Virus record (IMG/VR): IMGVR_UViG_3300038701_001735
Location: 1 to 47,017 of that record
Length of the DNA stretch: 47,017 bases
Reading direction: 5' to 3' (one strand)
Source of the DNA: a virus
The position numbers were made by a program, and so were the translations under genes. The number at the start of each line of letters is the position of its first letter. Within the stretch, counting starts at the first letter, position 1. The notes under the pieces are model-generated. The model saw nothing but the letters and a program-made list of their open reading frames with translations. It did not search any database and was not told the DNA's origin. Positions 24,672 through 33,380 of the stretch are shown in pieces.

Positions 24672-25047
24672 GAATAATCTCCGCTCCGTGTGCCAACAAC
24701 TTCCTGTGGAGGCCCAGTGGGGTATATGCACGAAGGCCCACGAGAGCGGCGCATTGGGACGCGCAGGTCATGGTCACATGGAGGGGAATCGCTATTTCCC
24801 GGTCGGAATGCGGGGCGCGGAGGATGGTTTCGCAATCGCGGTAGATCATGGCGATGCGCAGTTCGGCTTCCTCGCCATCGGGGATTGCCTCGATCGCAGA
24901 CCGGCGGCCCTGGGGATCGAAGAACACCCAGATCCCGTTGGGCTGATACCAGAAGGCCTCGACGTGGCCGAAGATCAGGCGCCAGTCAGCCTGACCACGC
25001 GCGGCGGCGATTGCGGAACTTGTGCTGTGGAAAGCGAGAAGCGTCAT
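24562..25047 (-). CDS. Hypothetical 161-aa protein between terL and portal
   Basis: MTLLAFHSTSS...HVTMTCASQCAALVGL... Third-position GC is high from 25047 down to about 24680. Confidence 0.5.
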   Translation of the reverse strand: MTLLAFHSTSSAIAAARGQADWRLIFGHVEAFWYQPNGIWVFFDPQGRRSAIEAIPDGEEAELRIAMIYRDCETILRAPHSDREIAIPLHVTMTCASQCAALVGLRAYTPLGLHRKLLAHGAEIIHAAEESPRHKCHGRGNRGGARIGGRGTHPRSPTASG

Positions 25048-26560
25048 CGGATCGGACCCTCGGGCTTGGGCGAATGACGGGGGAAGGCTTGGGGGGCGTG
25101 TAACCGGAGGCGCGCACGATCGCCTCACCCTCGCCGCCGCCGAGGAACCCGTTCTCCATGGCCTCGACGATGTGGGAGTATTGGTTCTTGAGCGGCTTTG
25201 GGGAGTGCAGACCATCGGCGCCGCGGATTTTCCGGTAGTGGTATCCGCCCGCCATGCCTGTTCTCAGCGTCAGGCACCGCGGATTGAACCGGGCCCCGTT
25301 GTGGCGGGACAGGACCGCATCGACGGTCGAGCGGCGCATCTGGGGGTTATTGTCCGAGGTTGCGGGGAACACTCTGATCCCGTGCGTCAGGAAGATATCG
25401 TAGGCTGTCGTCTCGTCCGACTGATTCTTGTCCGCACCTCGCGGATCGCCATAGGCCTCGAACGTGAAGCCCGCGTATTCCTGCGCCAGTTTCCTCGCCA
25501 CACGCGGCGCGAACTTCGACGCCGGCTCATTCGCGCCGATGATTTCCTCCAGGATCGTCCACTGTCCGTTGACCTCCTGCATGATGGCACACGCCGGATC
25601 GCGGCCGAAATCCAGACCGAGCGTCAGACCGAACCCTTCCACCGGATCGACATCATAGCGATTGTCGTGGATCGCCGGCGTATAGGTCGGATAGACCGGC
25701 TTGCCGCCAACGTAGAGGCCGACCTTGTTCAGAACCCGCTGCTTGATCCACTCGGGCGACTTACCCTGGATTTGCTCCATGTAGGATTTCTTGAGGTGCC
25801 GCTGGTTCTCCGCATCCGGGTTCGGCTGGTAAACCACCTCGCCATCCTTGTGCGCCTCCAACAGACCCGGCGGCTGGACGAGGAACCGCCACGTCTCGGG
25901 CTTCTGCATCGCCTTCTTCTCCGCATCCGCCCAATCCCGCGGCAGGGGAATGTCCCCACGCATATACGGTATCCAGTGACCCTCCTGCGGTGCGTTCAGA
26001 TCCACCATGCCACCATACCACGTTGCACCGGGGCCATTGCGCTGAGACGGATACCGGCCGCACCGGGACAGCAACTCGTCGATCACCGCCTTGTCCGCAA
26101 ACTGGCCCTCGTTGAACCAGAAGCCCGTAATCTCGAAAGACGCCGCCTCCTGTTCCGCCGTCTCCGGACTGTCGATCGCAAGAAAGATCACCTCGCAATC
26201 AACGCTCGTCCCGTCACCAGAAGGATGCTGATACTTCAAATGGTGCGTCATCGGCTCCGACCGAACCATGTCGCCAAACTGATGCTCGGGAAACCATTCC
26301 AGCCACGTCTTGATCGTCGTCTTCTTCAACTGACGATACGAGTTCCGAACAATCAGCCACCGCGTCCGACGAACACCGTCGAAATCCGGCTCCTGTTCCT
26401 GCGCCAGCATGTTGATCCGGTGACAACTCGCCGTCGACGTCCCCGAACCGATCGGGCCCTGGACAACAACCAACTCCGACCGATCCCACAGATACTCCGT
26501 CAGAACCTCGCCATCCGGCTCATAAAGCCGCCGACCGTCCCGCAAGAACTTCGCCGCCAT
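24986..26560 (-). CDS. terL: Terminase large subunit
   Basis: Walker A (VVQGPIGSGTSTAS), Walker B-like (ITGFWFNEG), and nuclease-domain motifs (LGLDFG, YGDPRG). Confidence 0.9.
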   Translation of the reverse strand: MAAKFLRDGRRLYEPDGEVLTEYLWDRSELVVVQGPIGSGTSTASCHRINMLAQEQEPDFDGVRRTRWLIVRNSYRQLKKTTIKTWLEWFPEHQFGDMVRSEPMTHHLKYQHPSGDGTSVDCEVIFLAIDSPETAEQEAASFEITGFWFNEGQFADKAVIDELLSRCGRYPSQRNGPGATWYGGMVDLNAPQEGHWIPYMRGDIPLPRDWADAEKKAMQKPETWRFLVQPPGLLEAHKDGEVVYQPNPDAENQRHLKKSYMEQIQGKSPEWIKQRVLNKVGLYVGGKPVYPTYTPAIHDNRYDVDPVEGFGLTLGLDFGRDPACAIMQEVNGQWTILEEIIGANEPASKFAPRVARKLAQEYAGFTFEAYGDPRGADKNQSDETTAYDIFLTHGIRVFPATSDNNPQMRRSTVDAVLSRHNGARFNPRCLTLRTGMAGGYHYRKIRGADGLHSPKPLKNQYSHIVEAMENGFLGGGEGEAIVRASGYTPPKPSPVIRPSPRVRSDDASRFPQHKFRNRRRAWSG

Positions 26561-27207
26561 AGATCACCCCGCTCTTTCCCAAAGAGCATCGCGAAATCAG
26601 AAAATTTTCAGGATGCACAATCGGGGGCAGGTTGCCGTCTACCCGCCCCCGATGACCCCCTTCCCAAATGCAGCGGCAGATACCGCATAGGTCAGGGGTG
26701 TTGGTTGAGCGCGGGCCGGGCGCTACTCCGGCTCCGATGTGAGTTGCCCTTGACGGTCGGACCCGTGGACAATCCGTGCGTGTCTGCTTTCCACGCCGCC
26801 GCGCTCAGGTGGGCAATCGGCACATCTACGCCAGCATCAGCACCACTGCGGCTATCCCGCGACCGATATGATTGCCCGCCAGAAAGCGGACAAAAAACCC
26901 CGATGCTCCAAGACCAAAAGCACCGGGGGTAAGTGGCGATCCGTGAGTGGGTAAGTCTCAAGACCACGAGGAAGTCCCAAACCAACCGGGAGGAAAAATC
27001 AGGACCAACGCCAATGTGACAAAAGACACGCCACCCGTCAACAGACAAAAGCACATGAAAAATTCGCATAGACACCCCCTGAGAGGGGATGAATAAACCT
27101 TCACCCCCTAAACCGCTAACATACTGAAAAATATAAAAATGGGGAAAAGGGGGTGGCGCGTGGGTGAGGTGGTCGACTAGCAACTATTCGCGCGATTTTT
27201 GCCCCCG

Positions 27208-27239
27208 CCCCCCCTATCCGGATCGATACCCCCCCTATC
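27208..27239. repeat. Two CCCCCCCTATC boxes 21 bp apart (candidate protein-binding, cos or pac element)
   Basis: Boxes at 27208..27218 and 27229..27239, in the terS-terL non-coding gap. Confidence 0.8.
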
Positions 27240-27282
27240 TGGGGCGGTCGAGATGCGCGCGAGGTAGGGCCAGAGCTAGGCG

Positions 27283-27305
27283 GATGTGTCGCCGCATGAC
27301 ACATC
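27283..27305. repeat. Perfect 8-bp inverted repeat GATGTGTC-N7-GACACATC
   Basis: Read directly. It shares the catgacacatcacg string with the attP left arm (1321..1334). Confidence 0.8.
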
Positions 27306-27358
27306 ACGATTGCGCAAAGCCCTTGTTTTATTGGGGATGATGGGTCGAGACCGCTTGC

Positions 27359-27847
27359 CTAGCTATCAAGACGGCCTTGCTTCGCCTCGCTCTCGTCATC
27401 GCTGGGCGTGATGTCCACCACCTGTTGACCGGGCTTGGCGTAACCGTAACCGCCTGAATTTACGTTGATATTCACGCTTGCGGGCGATCCGTTCGGGGTC
27501 GCCTCGCGTGCGAAAAACTCGACCATCCTCGCCCTGATCTGTTCGGACTTTGAGCGCTCCATCAGCTCGATGCCTGTAATGATTGCGAGGCTTTTGGCGG
27601 ATGCTTTGAGGGTGTCGGCTTCGAGTGCGAGGCTAGTTTTCTCTTGTTCTACAACGGCTTGGACGTGTGGCTTTCGGAGTGCGCGGGACAACGAGACTTC
27701 ATGTATGCCGGCTTGTTTCGCTGCGTCTCTTTGGGTGAAGCCGGATTTAACGATCAGCTCGATGGCTTTTCGGATTGGCTTGCTTACACGCCCCTGCGGG
27801 GCCGCTGCGCTCCCCTTCTGTGTCTTTGCTGGTGTCTTATGTGGCAT
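27359..27847 (-). CDS. terS: Putative terminase small subunit (N-terminal HTH); could alternatively be a late regulator
   Basis: HTH FTQRDAAKQAGIHEVSLSRALRK. It is the first gene of the late strand, upstream of terL. Confidence 0.45.
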   Translation of the reverse strand: MPHKTPAKTQKGSAAAPQGRVSKPIRKAIELIVKSGFTQRDAAKQAGIHEVSLSRALRKPHVQAVVEQEKTSLALEADTLKASAKSLAIITGIELMERSKSEQIRARMVEFFAREATPNGSPASVNINVNSGGYGYAKPGQQVVDITPSDDESEAKQGRLDS

Positions 27848-28045
27848 GGAGACGTTATGCGGCGATTCAGTTGGTGCTTGCGATGCACGATGGGTGCGAG
27901 GTGCGGGCGGGCAAGTTGGCGCTGTAGGGCCCTTTTCTGGGCTTCTCAGGCATCATGCGTTTTTTTCACGTTTGGGGGTTGACGTCCTGCTATTGCGTCG
28001 CTAGGTATGTAACAGTTGACACAAACCAAACCGGAGACCGAGACC

Positions 28046-28300
28046 ATGTGGACACAGATCGAATTCGAAGCAGACCGCGATGACTGCGTCGCCAGTCGTG
28101 GCGGTTGGGATATTTACGAGGACGGCGGGCGCCTTGTCGCTGTCGTAGGCGCGACCCCGACTGACGAGACGGCTTTCTTGATTGGCCGCGCGTTCGATAC
28201 CGGCGCCGCGTCCCTGCATCCTGATCTTTGGGGCGATCTGTATCGGCGCCCGGTCCCGCAACAGCGCGGTGCCCATCTGCCTGACGGAACAACGGCCTGA
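28046..28300 (+). CDS. Hypothetical 84-aa protein, first gene of the early plus-strand cluster
   Basis: GGAGACCGAGACC directly precedes the ATG. Confidence 0.55.
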   Translation: MWTQIEFEADRDDCVASRGGWDIYEDGGRLVAVVGATPTDETAFLIGRAFDTGAASLHPDLWGDLYRRPVPQQRGAHLPDGTTA

Positions 28301-28310
28301 CACTAGCTAG

Positions 28311-28330
28311 GCGGTCCCTACGGGGGCCGC
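28311..28330 (+). other. Intercistronic GC hairpin with a UACG tetraloop
   Basis: gcggtccc tacg ggggccgc, 10 nt after the stop codon, with no U tract. Confidence 0.6.
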
Positions 28331-28391
28331 TCATGGTGCTGTCAGCATCCGCCGAGTGAAACCGGCGACAACCCGAACCGGAGCAAATCCA

Positions 28392-28850
28392 ATGTCTGAC
28401 CTTTTCGAGAATGCCGACGCATTCGCTATCGTGGAGCAAGCGCGCGCCTATCTGGCAGAACGCGCGACGGAGCAACCGTCCATCACGTCATGGGCACAGC
28501 TTGATGACTTTCTGACCATCAACGCCGCACAGGAGCGGGTCGAGGTGTTCCGCGTCCTGTTTCTGGACAAGAAGAACCGCTTGATTGAGTGTCGCGAAAT
28601 GGGGCGGGGAACCATCGACCATTGCCCCGTCTATGTCCGCGAGATTGCCCGCGCGGCGCTGGATCTGGACGCGTCTGCTGTCATCCTGACGCACAACCAT
28701 CCTTCCGGCGATCCGACGCCTAGCGGGGCCGATATCGCGCTGACGAAGCAGATCCGCGATGCCTTGGACCTGTTCCAGATCACCACGCATGATCACGCGA
28801 TCACCGGCGGCGCGACCGTCTACAGCATGAAAGCGGAGGGCCTTTTCTGA
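28392..28850 (+). CDS. radC: RadC-like JAB/MPN domain protein
   Basis: LTHNHPSGDPTPSGADI matches the JAMM motif HxH-x7-S-x2-D. GGAG lies 8 nt upstream of the ATG. Confidence 0.9.
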   Translation: MSDLFENADAFAIVEQARAYLAERATEQPSITSWAQLDDFLTINAAQERVEVFRVLFLDKKNRLIECREMGRGTIDHCPVYVREIARAALDLDASAVILTHNHPSGDPTPSGADIALTKQIRDALDLFQITTHDHAITGGATVYSMKAEGLF

Positions 28851-29026
28851 TGTTCTACGTTTGGCAGATGAACGACGGCCGCTGGCATGTTGACGCATTC
28901 ACCAGCGCCCCGCGATCCGCTCACCGGCTGGCCCGTGACATCACCGGCAGCGAGACCAAGGCGGAAGCCGAACGCAAGGCGCGGGAGGCAAACCGCGCGT
29001 GGGGCGATCTCGCCGCCTTCGCTTGA
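28850..29026 (+). CDS. Hypothetical 58-aa protein (below the ORF-track size cutoff)
   Basis: TGATG overlap with the radC stop. Third-position GC is high. Reads MFYVWQMNDGRWHVDAF... Confidence 0.5.
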   Translation: MFYVWQMNDGRWHVDAFTSAPRSAHRLARDITGSETKAEAERKAREANRAWGDLAAFA

Positions 29027-29036
29027 CCCATTGCAG

Positions 29037-29056
29037 CGCCCCGTTGCGGCGGGGCG
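29037..29056 (+). other. Intercistronic GC hairpin
   Basis: cgccccg ttgcgg cggggcg. Confidence 0.6.
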
Positions 29057-29127
29057 TCACCATGGGCCGACCCATGAGCCGGAGTGAAACCCGGCGCAAC
29101 TTTCCGAACCAATGGAGACCTAGACCG

Positions 29128-29313
29128 ATGCTGAAACTAACCTTCAAGACGGACAACGCGGCGTTTGCCGATTATCCCGGCGCCGAATCTGCGCGCATTT
29201 TGCGCGAGATGGCCGACAAAATCGACGGACGCGGATTTGTGTCTGCGCCTGTTCGCGACGTGAACGGCAACACCGTGGGCCGGATCGACTTTGACGCAGA
29301 CGGGGAGGCTTGA
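29128..29313 (+). CDS. Hypothetical 61-aa protein
   Basis: GGAGACCTAGACCG directly precedes the ATG. Confidence 0.5.
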   Translation: MLKLTFKTDNAAFADYPGAESARILREMADKIDGRGFVSAPVRDVNGNTVGRIDFDADGEA

Positions 29314-29316
29314 GCC

Positions 29317-29769
29317 ATGGCCGTGAAAATGTCTGATCTGCGTTTCGCGATCCGCTCCGACATCCCTTATCGGATGTACCATCATCACGTGATCTTGCCC
29401 GATGGCGCCGTGGCATACACTGACCACAAGTCAATCGAAAGCTACGCAGCCGAGCATGGGGGCGAATATCGCATCTTAAGCGGCGACGAGCTGGACGCGA
29501 TCATCCGCGATGCAGAGCGCAACTTGCGCACCAAGCCGGCGAGGATCACTCAGGCGCGCTTTTGGGATTATCTCGAATGCCTGCCGCCTTGCCGCTGGCA
29601 CAATCACCGAGGCGTTGAGCTTTTCCACGTCTCGGAGCGATTGACCGGCGATCTTGTGCAATGGTGCGCACGCATTGGCGATCAGCACTTCGGCTGGACC
29701 GACTTCGCCAGCGCGAAATCCGATGATCTGGCCGCAATGGTGGCCGAAGCAGCGAAACAGGAGGCTTGA
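29317..29769 (+). CDS. Hypothetical 150-aa protein
   Basis: Tightly packed ORF with good codon bias. Confidence 0.65.
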   Translation: MAVKMSDLRFAIRSDIPYRMYHHHVILPDGAVAYTDHKSIESYAAEHGGEYRILSGDELDAIIRDAERNLRTKPARITQARFWDYLECLPPCRWHNHRGVELFHVSERLTGDLVQWCARIGDQHFGWTDFASAKSDDLAAMVAEAAKQEA

Positions 29770-29772
29770 ACG

Positions 29773-30222
29773 ATGATTTATCGCAACTTGTGGCTCACCA
29801 GCTTGACGCCAGAACAGCACGAGCGGACGTGCGACTATTGGTATACGATCACACAGGCAGGAACGCCGCACACCGCTTTCAGAACGCGCGAGGCTTTGTT
29901 TCGCTGGCTTGCGCGGCGCGGCCTCACCATGACCGCCGATCTTGCCCCGCATGGCAAGCACAGCACTCAGCGCCTTTCGGGCGAGTATGAAAAGCGGTCG
30001 CACATGAACGCCGCCGACATGCCGCGCAACTGGATCGAGCCGCCATTCCTTGCAATGGATAACGGGCAATACACCGAGGCGGTCGCAACTTTTGAAAACG
30101 GGCGGCGCGTGATCCACACGATGAACTGCAACGCCGCGCGGCCCGTGTTTGATCATTGGATTGCGCGGAATCATGAAGATCGCGGATTGCCTGGCCTTCC
30201 CGGCGCACAAGTCTACGCCTGA
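29773..30222 (+). CDS. Hypothetical 149-aa protein
   Basis: Tightly packed ORF. Confidence 0.65.
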   Translation: MIYRNLWLTSLTPEQHERTCDYWYTITQAGTPHTAFRTREALFRWLARRGLTMTADLAPHGKHSTQRLSGEYEKRSHMNAADMPRNWIEPPFLAMDNGQYTEAVATFENGRRVIHTMNCNAARPVFDHWIARNHEDRGLPGLPGAQVYA

Positions 30223-30233
30223 CGCATCGGTGA

Positions 30234-30255
30234 GGGGCGGCGCAACTGTCGCCCC
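30234..30255 (+). other. Intercistronic GC hairpin
   Basis: ggggcg (10-nt loop) cgcccc. Confidence 0.5.
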
Positions 30256-30303
30256 CATCCCATGCGCCAGCATGATAACCCCGAACCATAGGAGAATAGG
30301 GCG

Positions 30304-30543
30304 ATGGCCTTTCTAACAACAACTTTCAGCGCCTACAATCAGCGCCCCGAAAACGGCGCCCTGCCCCGCCTTGTGTGGCGACACCTTGGGCCGCGGAGCG
30401 CCCATTGCGCGGGAGCGATCGCGAAAACCACATACGGCACATGGTCGGGCAGCGTCACCAACCGACAGAACCGGACCCGCCATTTTGAAGCGAAGCACTT
30501 TCGCACGATCAAGGCAGAAATCAGGGAGTTTATGGAACAATGA
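30304..30543 (+). CDS. Hypothetical 79-aa protein
   Basis: AGGAGAATAGGGCG directly precedes the ATG. Confidence 0.55.
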   Translation: MAFLTTTFSAYNQRPENGALPRLVWRHLGPRSAHCAGAIAKTTYGTWSGSVTNRQNRTRHFEAKHFRTIKAEIREFMEQ

Positions 30544-30935
30544 CCAGCAAGAACGATTGCCAACGGGCTTTTGACCGGATCGCGGCGCGACCTGACGCCA
30601 CGGAGATCCACACCGGGCCCGTTCCCCGGATTGAGATACGCCGCAAGATCGCTAACCCCGGCGACCTTTCAGACGGAACGCGCGCATTCCTCGTTTCACC
30701 GTGCGAGCGGTGGCGGTGGCTTCGCGTTGACTTTGGGTGGAAAACGCTTGTCGAGATAGACCAGCGCCCGCACTTTGGCCGGCCTGACGAAATCGCGAGG
30801 CTTGTCATGGAGGCGATCGACTTCGCTTGCCCGACCTACGGAACCGAACTTACCCCCGAAGGCGAACAGCACGTCATCCCCGGATGTGAGCGCAACTTGT
30901 CGCCCAAGGTGCAGCAACTGGATCTTTTCGGATGA
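30540..30935 (+). CDS. Hypothetical 131-aa protein
   Basis: ATGA overlap with the upstream stop. Confidence 0.6.
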   Translation: MTSKNDCQRAFDRIAARPDATEIHTGPVPRIEIRRKIANPGDLSDGTRAFLVSPCERWRWLRVDFGWKTLVEIDQRPHFGRPDEIARLVMEAIDFACPTYGTELTPEGEQHVIPGCERNLSPKVQQLDLFG

Positions 30936-30941
30936 CCTATT

Positions 30942-30982
30942 GCGCGCGCCCACCTCTTGCGAGGGTGAAACAGGGCGCGCGC
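30942..30982 (+). other. Intercistronic long GC hairpin
   Basis: gcgcgcgccc (21 nt with an inner stem) gggcgcgcgc. Confidence 0.6.
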
Positions 30983-31028
30983 TGTCCCAAACCAAGAGAC
31001 CCGACCGACATACAAGGAAACCCAGACC

Positions 31029-31328
31029 ATGAAAACCCCGGCGCAACTTTCCGAGCTGACCGACCAGGAGCGGGCGCAACTGTTCCGCGAGGCGCTGACC
31101 GAAATCTACGGCGACAGCAAAACCCGAATGCGGGACGCCCTTAGCGACCTCGATATCTCCGACCGCACCTATATGAAATATCGCCGCGAAGGGCCCCCGG
31201 TGCCGATCCTGTGCCTTCTTCTGGCATGGCGCACCGCGAAGGCAGCGCAACTTACCGCTTCGGACCTGCGCCACGCGGCCGCGCGGGCAATGGCTCTGGC
31301 CGATAGGATCGAAGCTGATCTTTTGTGA
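31029..31328 (+). CDS. Hypothetical 99-aa protein (possible HTH)
   Basis: ORF. Its first codons contain an 18-bp string also found in non-coding DNA at 29091..29108. Confidence 0.5.
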   Translation: MKTPAQLSELTDQERAQLFREALTEIYGDSKTRMRDALSDLDISDRTYMKYRREGPPVPILCLLLAWRTAKAAQLTASDLRHAAARAMALADRIEADLL

Positions 31329-31791
31329 AGCGGTCCTTCCGCTTTTCCAACATCCCACGATGCTCGGCCTCTGCAATCGCGCGCTTCAAATGCGGCGGGA
31401 CAGGGCCGGGCATCAACGTTATACGAATGCCCAAAGCCTGCGCCCATAGCATGATCGTATCGAATTGCGGCGTCCTGGCGGGCAGGTTCTTTTCCATTTT
31501 GAGCAAGTGCCCATCCGCCAGACCTGCCATCGCCTCGACCTCGGTGATACTCAGGCGCAACTTTCGCCGGCGTTCCCTCAGATACTTCCGCAAGAAATTG
31601 TAAGCCGTGACGGTGAACCCATAGCTGTCATCCTGCTTTGCCCGCGGCGGCACCTGATCCGCGCTTGAAACACGGGCCCGCATCACGCACCCCTGCTTTG
31701 GGCAGCGCACAACGCAACTTTCCTGATCGATCGTGTCAACGATCCACCCGGCGCCCTCGATCGCCTCTATCAGTCGCGTTGTGTCGCTCAC
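31252..31791 (-). CDS. XRE-type HTH protein, 179 aa, last gene of the replication operon
   Basis: HTH LSITEVEAMAGLADGHLLKMEKN. Its start abuts the dnaB stop. Confidence 0.6.
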   Translation of the reverse strand: MSDTTRLIEAIEGAGWIVDTIDQESCVVRCPKQGCVMRARVSSADQVPPRAKQDDSYGFTVTAYNFLRKYLRERRRKLRLSITEVEAMAGLADGHLLKMEKNLPARTPQFDTIMLWAQALGIRITLMPGPVPPHLKRAIAEAEHRGMLEKRKDRFTKDQLRSYRPEPLPARPRGAGPKR

Positions 31792-33177
31792 CTACAAGCC
31801 CTCCTGTTCATCCTGGATCGACCATATCCGATTGGTCGGCATGTGCGCTCCGACTTCCGCCGATGCGAGGGGCCCGTGCCTGTTCTTCCTGACGATCAAC
31901 TCCATCCGGTTCTTGTGCCGCGCCATGTCGGCCTCGAAATCGGCCCGCGCATCCATCGTCACCGTGCCATCCTTCGACAGTTCCGGGCCGCGCTTCATGA
32001 GCCAGTATTCTTCGCGATGACAGAACACCGCCTGATCGGCATCGTTTTCAAACTGCCCGCTTTCCTTGATATCGGACAACTGCGGGCGGGGATCAGGGCG
32101 ATTGCCCAGGTTCCGGTCAAGCTGCACCAGCGCCACCACGGGGATCCCGAACTCGCCGCCCAGGTCTTTCAACTGCGTCGGGATCGAGGACATTTGCTCA
32201 TATCTTGTCCGACCTTCGGCCTCTACGATCTGCGCATAGTCTACCACGAGCATGGCGGGCGGAGCATCCCGGTTCATATCGAACAGCCGGGCGAGGTCAG
32301 ATCGCGCATCCCTGATCCGCTTTGTGCGCTTTGGGATGATATCGAAATGCAGATCGGCCAGCTTCTTGGAGCCGTTCGCCCACTTGCGCATTTCATCCTC
32401 GGCCAACTCCGACGCATTGCGCGCCTTGGAGTAGGCAATCCCGCACTCGCTCGATATCATCCTGGCGATCAACTCGCTTTCCCGCATTTCCCGAGACCAG
32501 AACGCAACGCTGCGTTCCTTGGCTATCATTTTGGCGATGTGAAGCGCGCATGTCGTCTTACCCATCGACGTGGAGCCACCGAGAAGCATCAAGTCACCGG
32601 GCGCTAACCCCCCGATAATCTTATCCAATTCGGATACACCTGTGCGGATCAGGTGGCGTTCCTCCTTGTAGTAGGCCAGCGTTTCCTCCATCGCGGACGT
32701 AATCGCCGCGACCGCCGAAACCGTGCCGCCTTGAAACTGATCCGGCAGCGAGTAGAAGAACGAGTTGAGGTCGGATTGAACCTCGCGCACCGGCTTGGAA
32801 TACAGATCGGTTTGCGCGCGCTGGATATGCTCCTGCATCACCCGCTTGACGTAAAATTCGATCACCGTGTCGGCGTAGTCCTTCACTGCCGATGAAGACA
32901 CCGCGGAGCCCGCCATCCGGACCAAGTATTGCCGCCCGCCTATGTCGCCCATGTCCAGATCGAGGATCTTCGACGCCATCGTGACAGGCGAGGCAATGCG
33001 GCCGGCGTGGATTTCATCCAGCATCCGACCGTAAAGCGTGGCGTGGATTGGATCGTAGAAATGTTCCTCCTTGAGAAATGCCGAAATGCGCGACAGCAAC
33101 TCGTTGTTCGTCAGCATCGCGCCCAGGATTTGCTGTTCTGCTTCGACGGAGAACAGACCGTCAGCCATATCCTTCAT
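31792..33177 (-). CDS. dnaB: Replicative DNA helicase (DnaB family)
   Basis: The N-terminal AEQQILGAML.. is DnaB-like. Walker A is GGSTSMGKTT. Start taken at MKDMADG in an ATGA overlap with the upstream stop; the ORF extends to 33228. Confidence 0.9.
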   Translation of the reverse strand: MKDMADGLFSVEAEQQILGAMLTNNELLSRISAFLKEEHFYDPIHATLYGRMLDEIHAGRIASPVTMASKILDLDMGDIGGRQYLVRMAGSAVSSSAVKDYADTVIEFYVKRVMQEHIQRAQTDLYSKPVREVQSDLNSFFYSLPDQFQGGTVSAVAAITSAMEETLAYYKEERHLIRTGVSELDKIIGGLAPGDLMLLGGSTSMGKTTCALHIAKMIAKERSVAFWSREMRESELIARMISSECGIAYSKARNASELAEDEMRKWANGSKKLADLHFDIIPKRTKRIRDARSDLARLFDMNRDAPPAMLVVDYAQIVEAEGRTRYEQMSSIPTQLKDLGGEFGIPVVALVQLDRNLGNRPDPRPQLSDIKESGQFENDADQAVFCHREEYWLMKRGPELSKDGTVTMDARADFEADMARHKNRMELIVRKNRHGPLASAEVGAHMPTNRIWSIQDEQEGL

Positions 33178-33380
33178 CGCTTCCCCCGCGTTTTCGGCAT
33201 CGAGGCCAGACGCTCCCGCCATGCCCATTGCTCTGTTTCGGTTGGCTGTTCAGGCGAATTGCGGCGCTGCCAGATGTAGGCCGACAGATCCTCCCGCGTC
33301 TTGTGCCGCTCGATCGCGTTTGCCCGCTCCGGTTCATACTTCCGCAGAAGGTCCATCATGTTGCCCTGTTCGACGCTCAT
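33174..33380 (-). CDS. Hypothetical 68-aa protein
   Basis: ATGA-coupled on both sides (methyltransferase stop and dnaB start). Confidence 0.5.
   Translation of the reverse strand: MSVEQGNMMDLLRKYEPERANAIERHKTREDLSAYIWQRRNSPEQPTETEQWAWRERLASMPKTRGKR

Noticed and set aside
26692-27183. 163-aa minus-strand ORF in the terS-terL gap
   Set aside because: It has no SD and odd composition (F/W/S/H-rich with no recognisable motif). It spans the T-poor, repeat-rich tract. I treat it as non-coding, although a decayed gene cannot be excluded.
27979-28007. Sigma-70-like promoter for the early plus-strand cluster (TTGACG-N17-TAGGTA)
   Set aside because: The -10 match is poor and several alternative alignments exist. 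There is not enough evidence to annotate it without transcript mapping.
28311-30982. The intercistronic GC hairpins interpreted as rho-independent terminators or integron attC sites
   Set aside because: None is followed by a U tract. No integron-type integrase or attI is present, and the stems lack the attC R/L box organisation. They are kept only as candidate RNA processing or stability elements.
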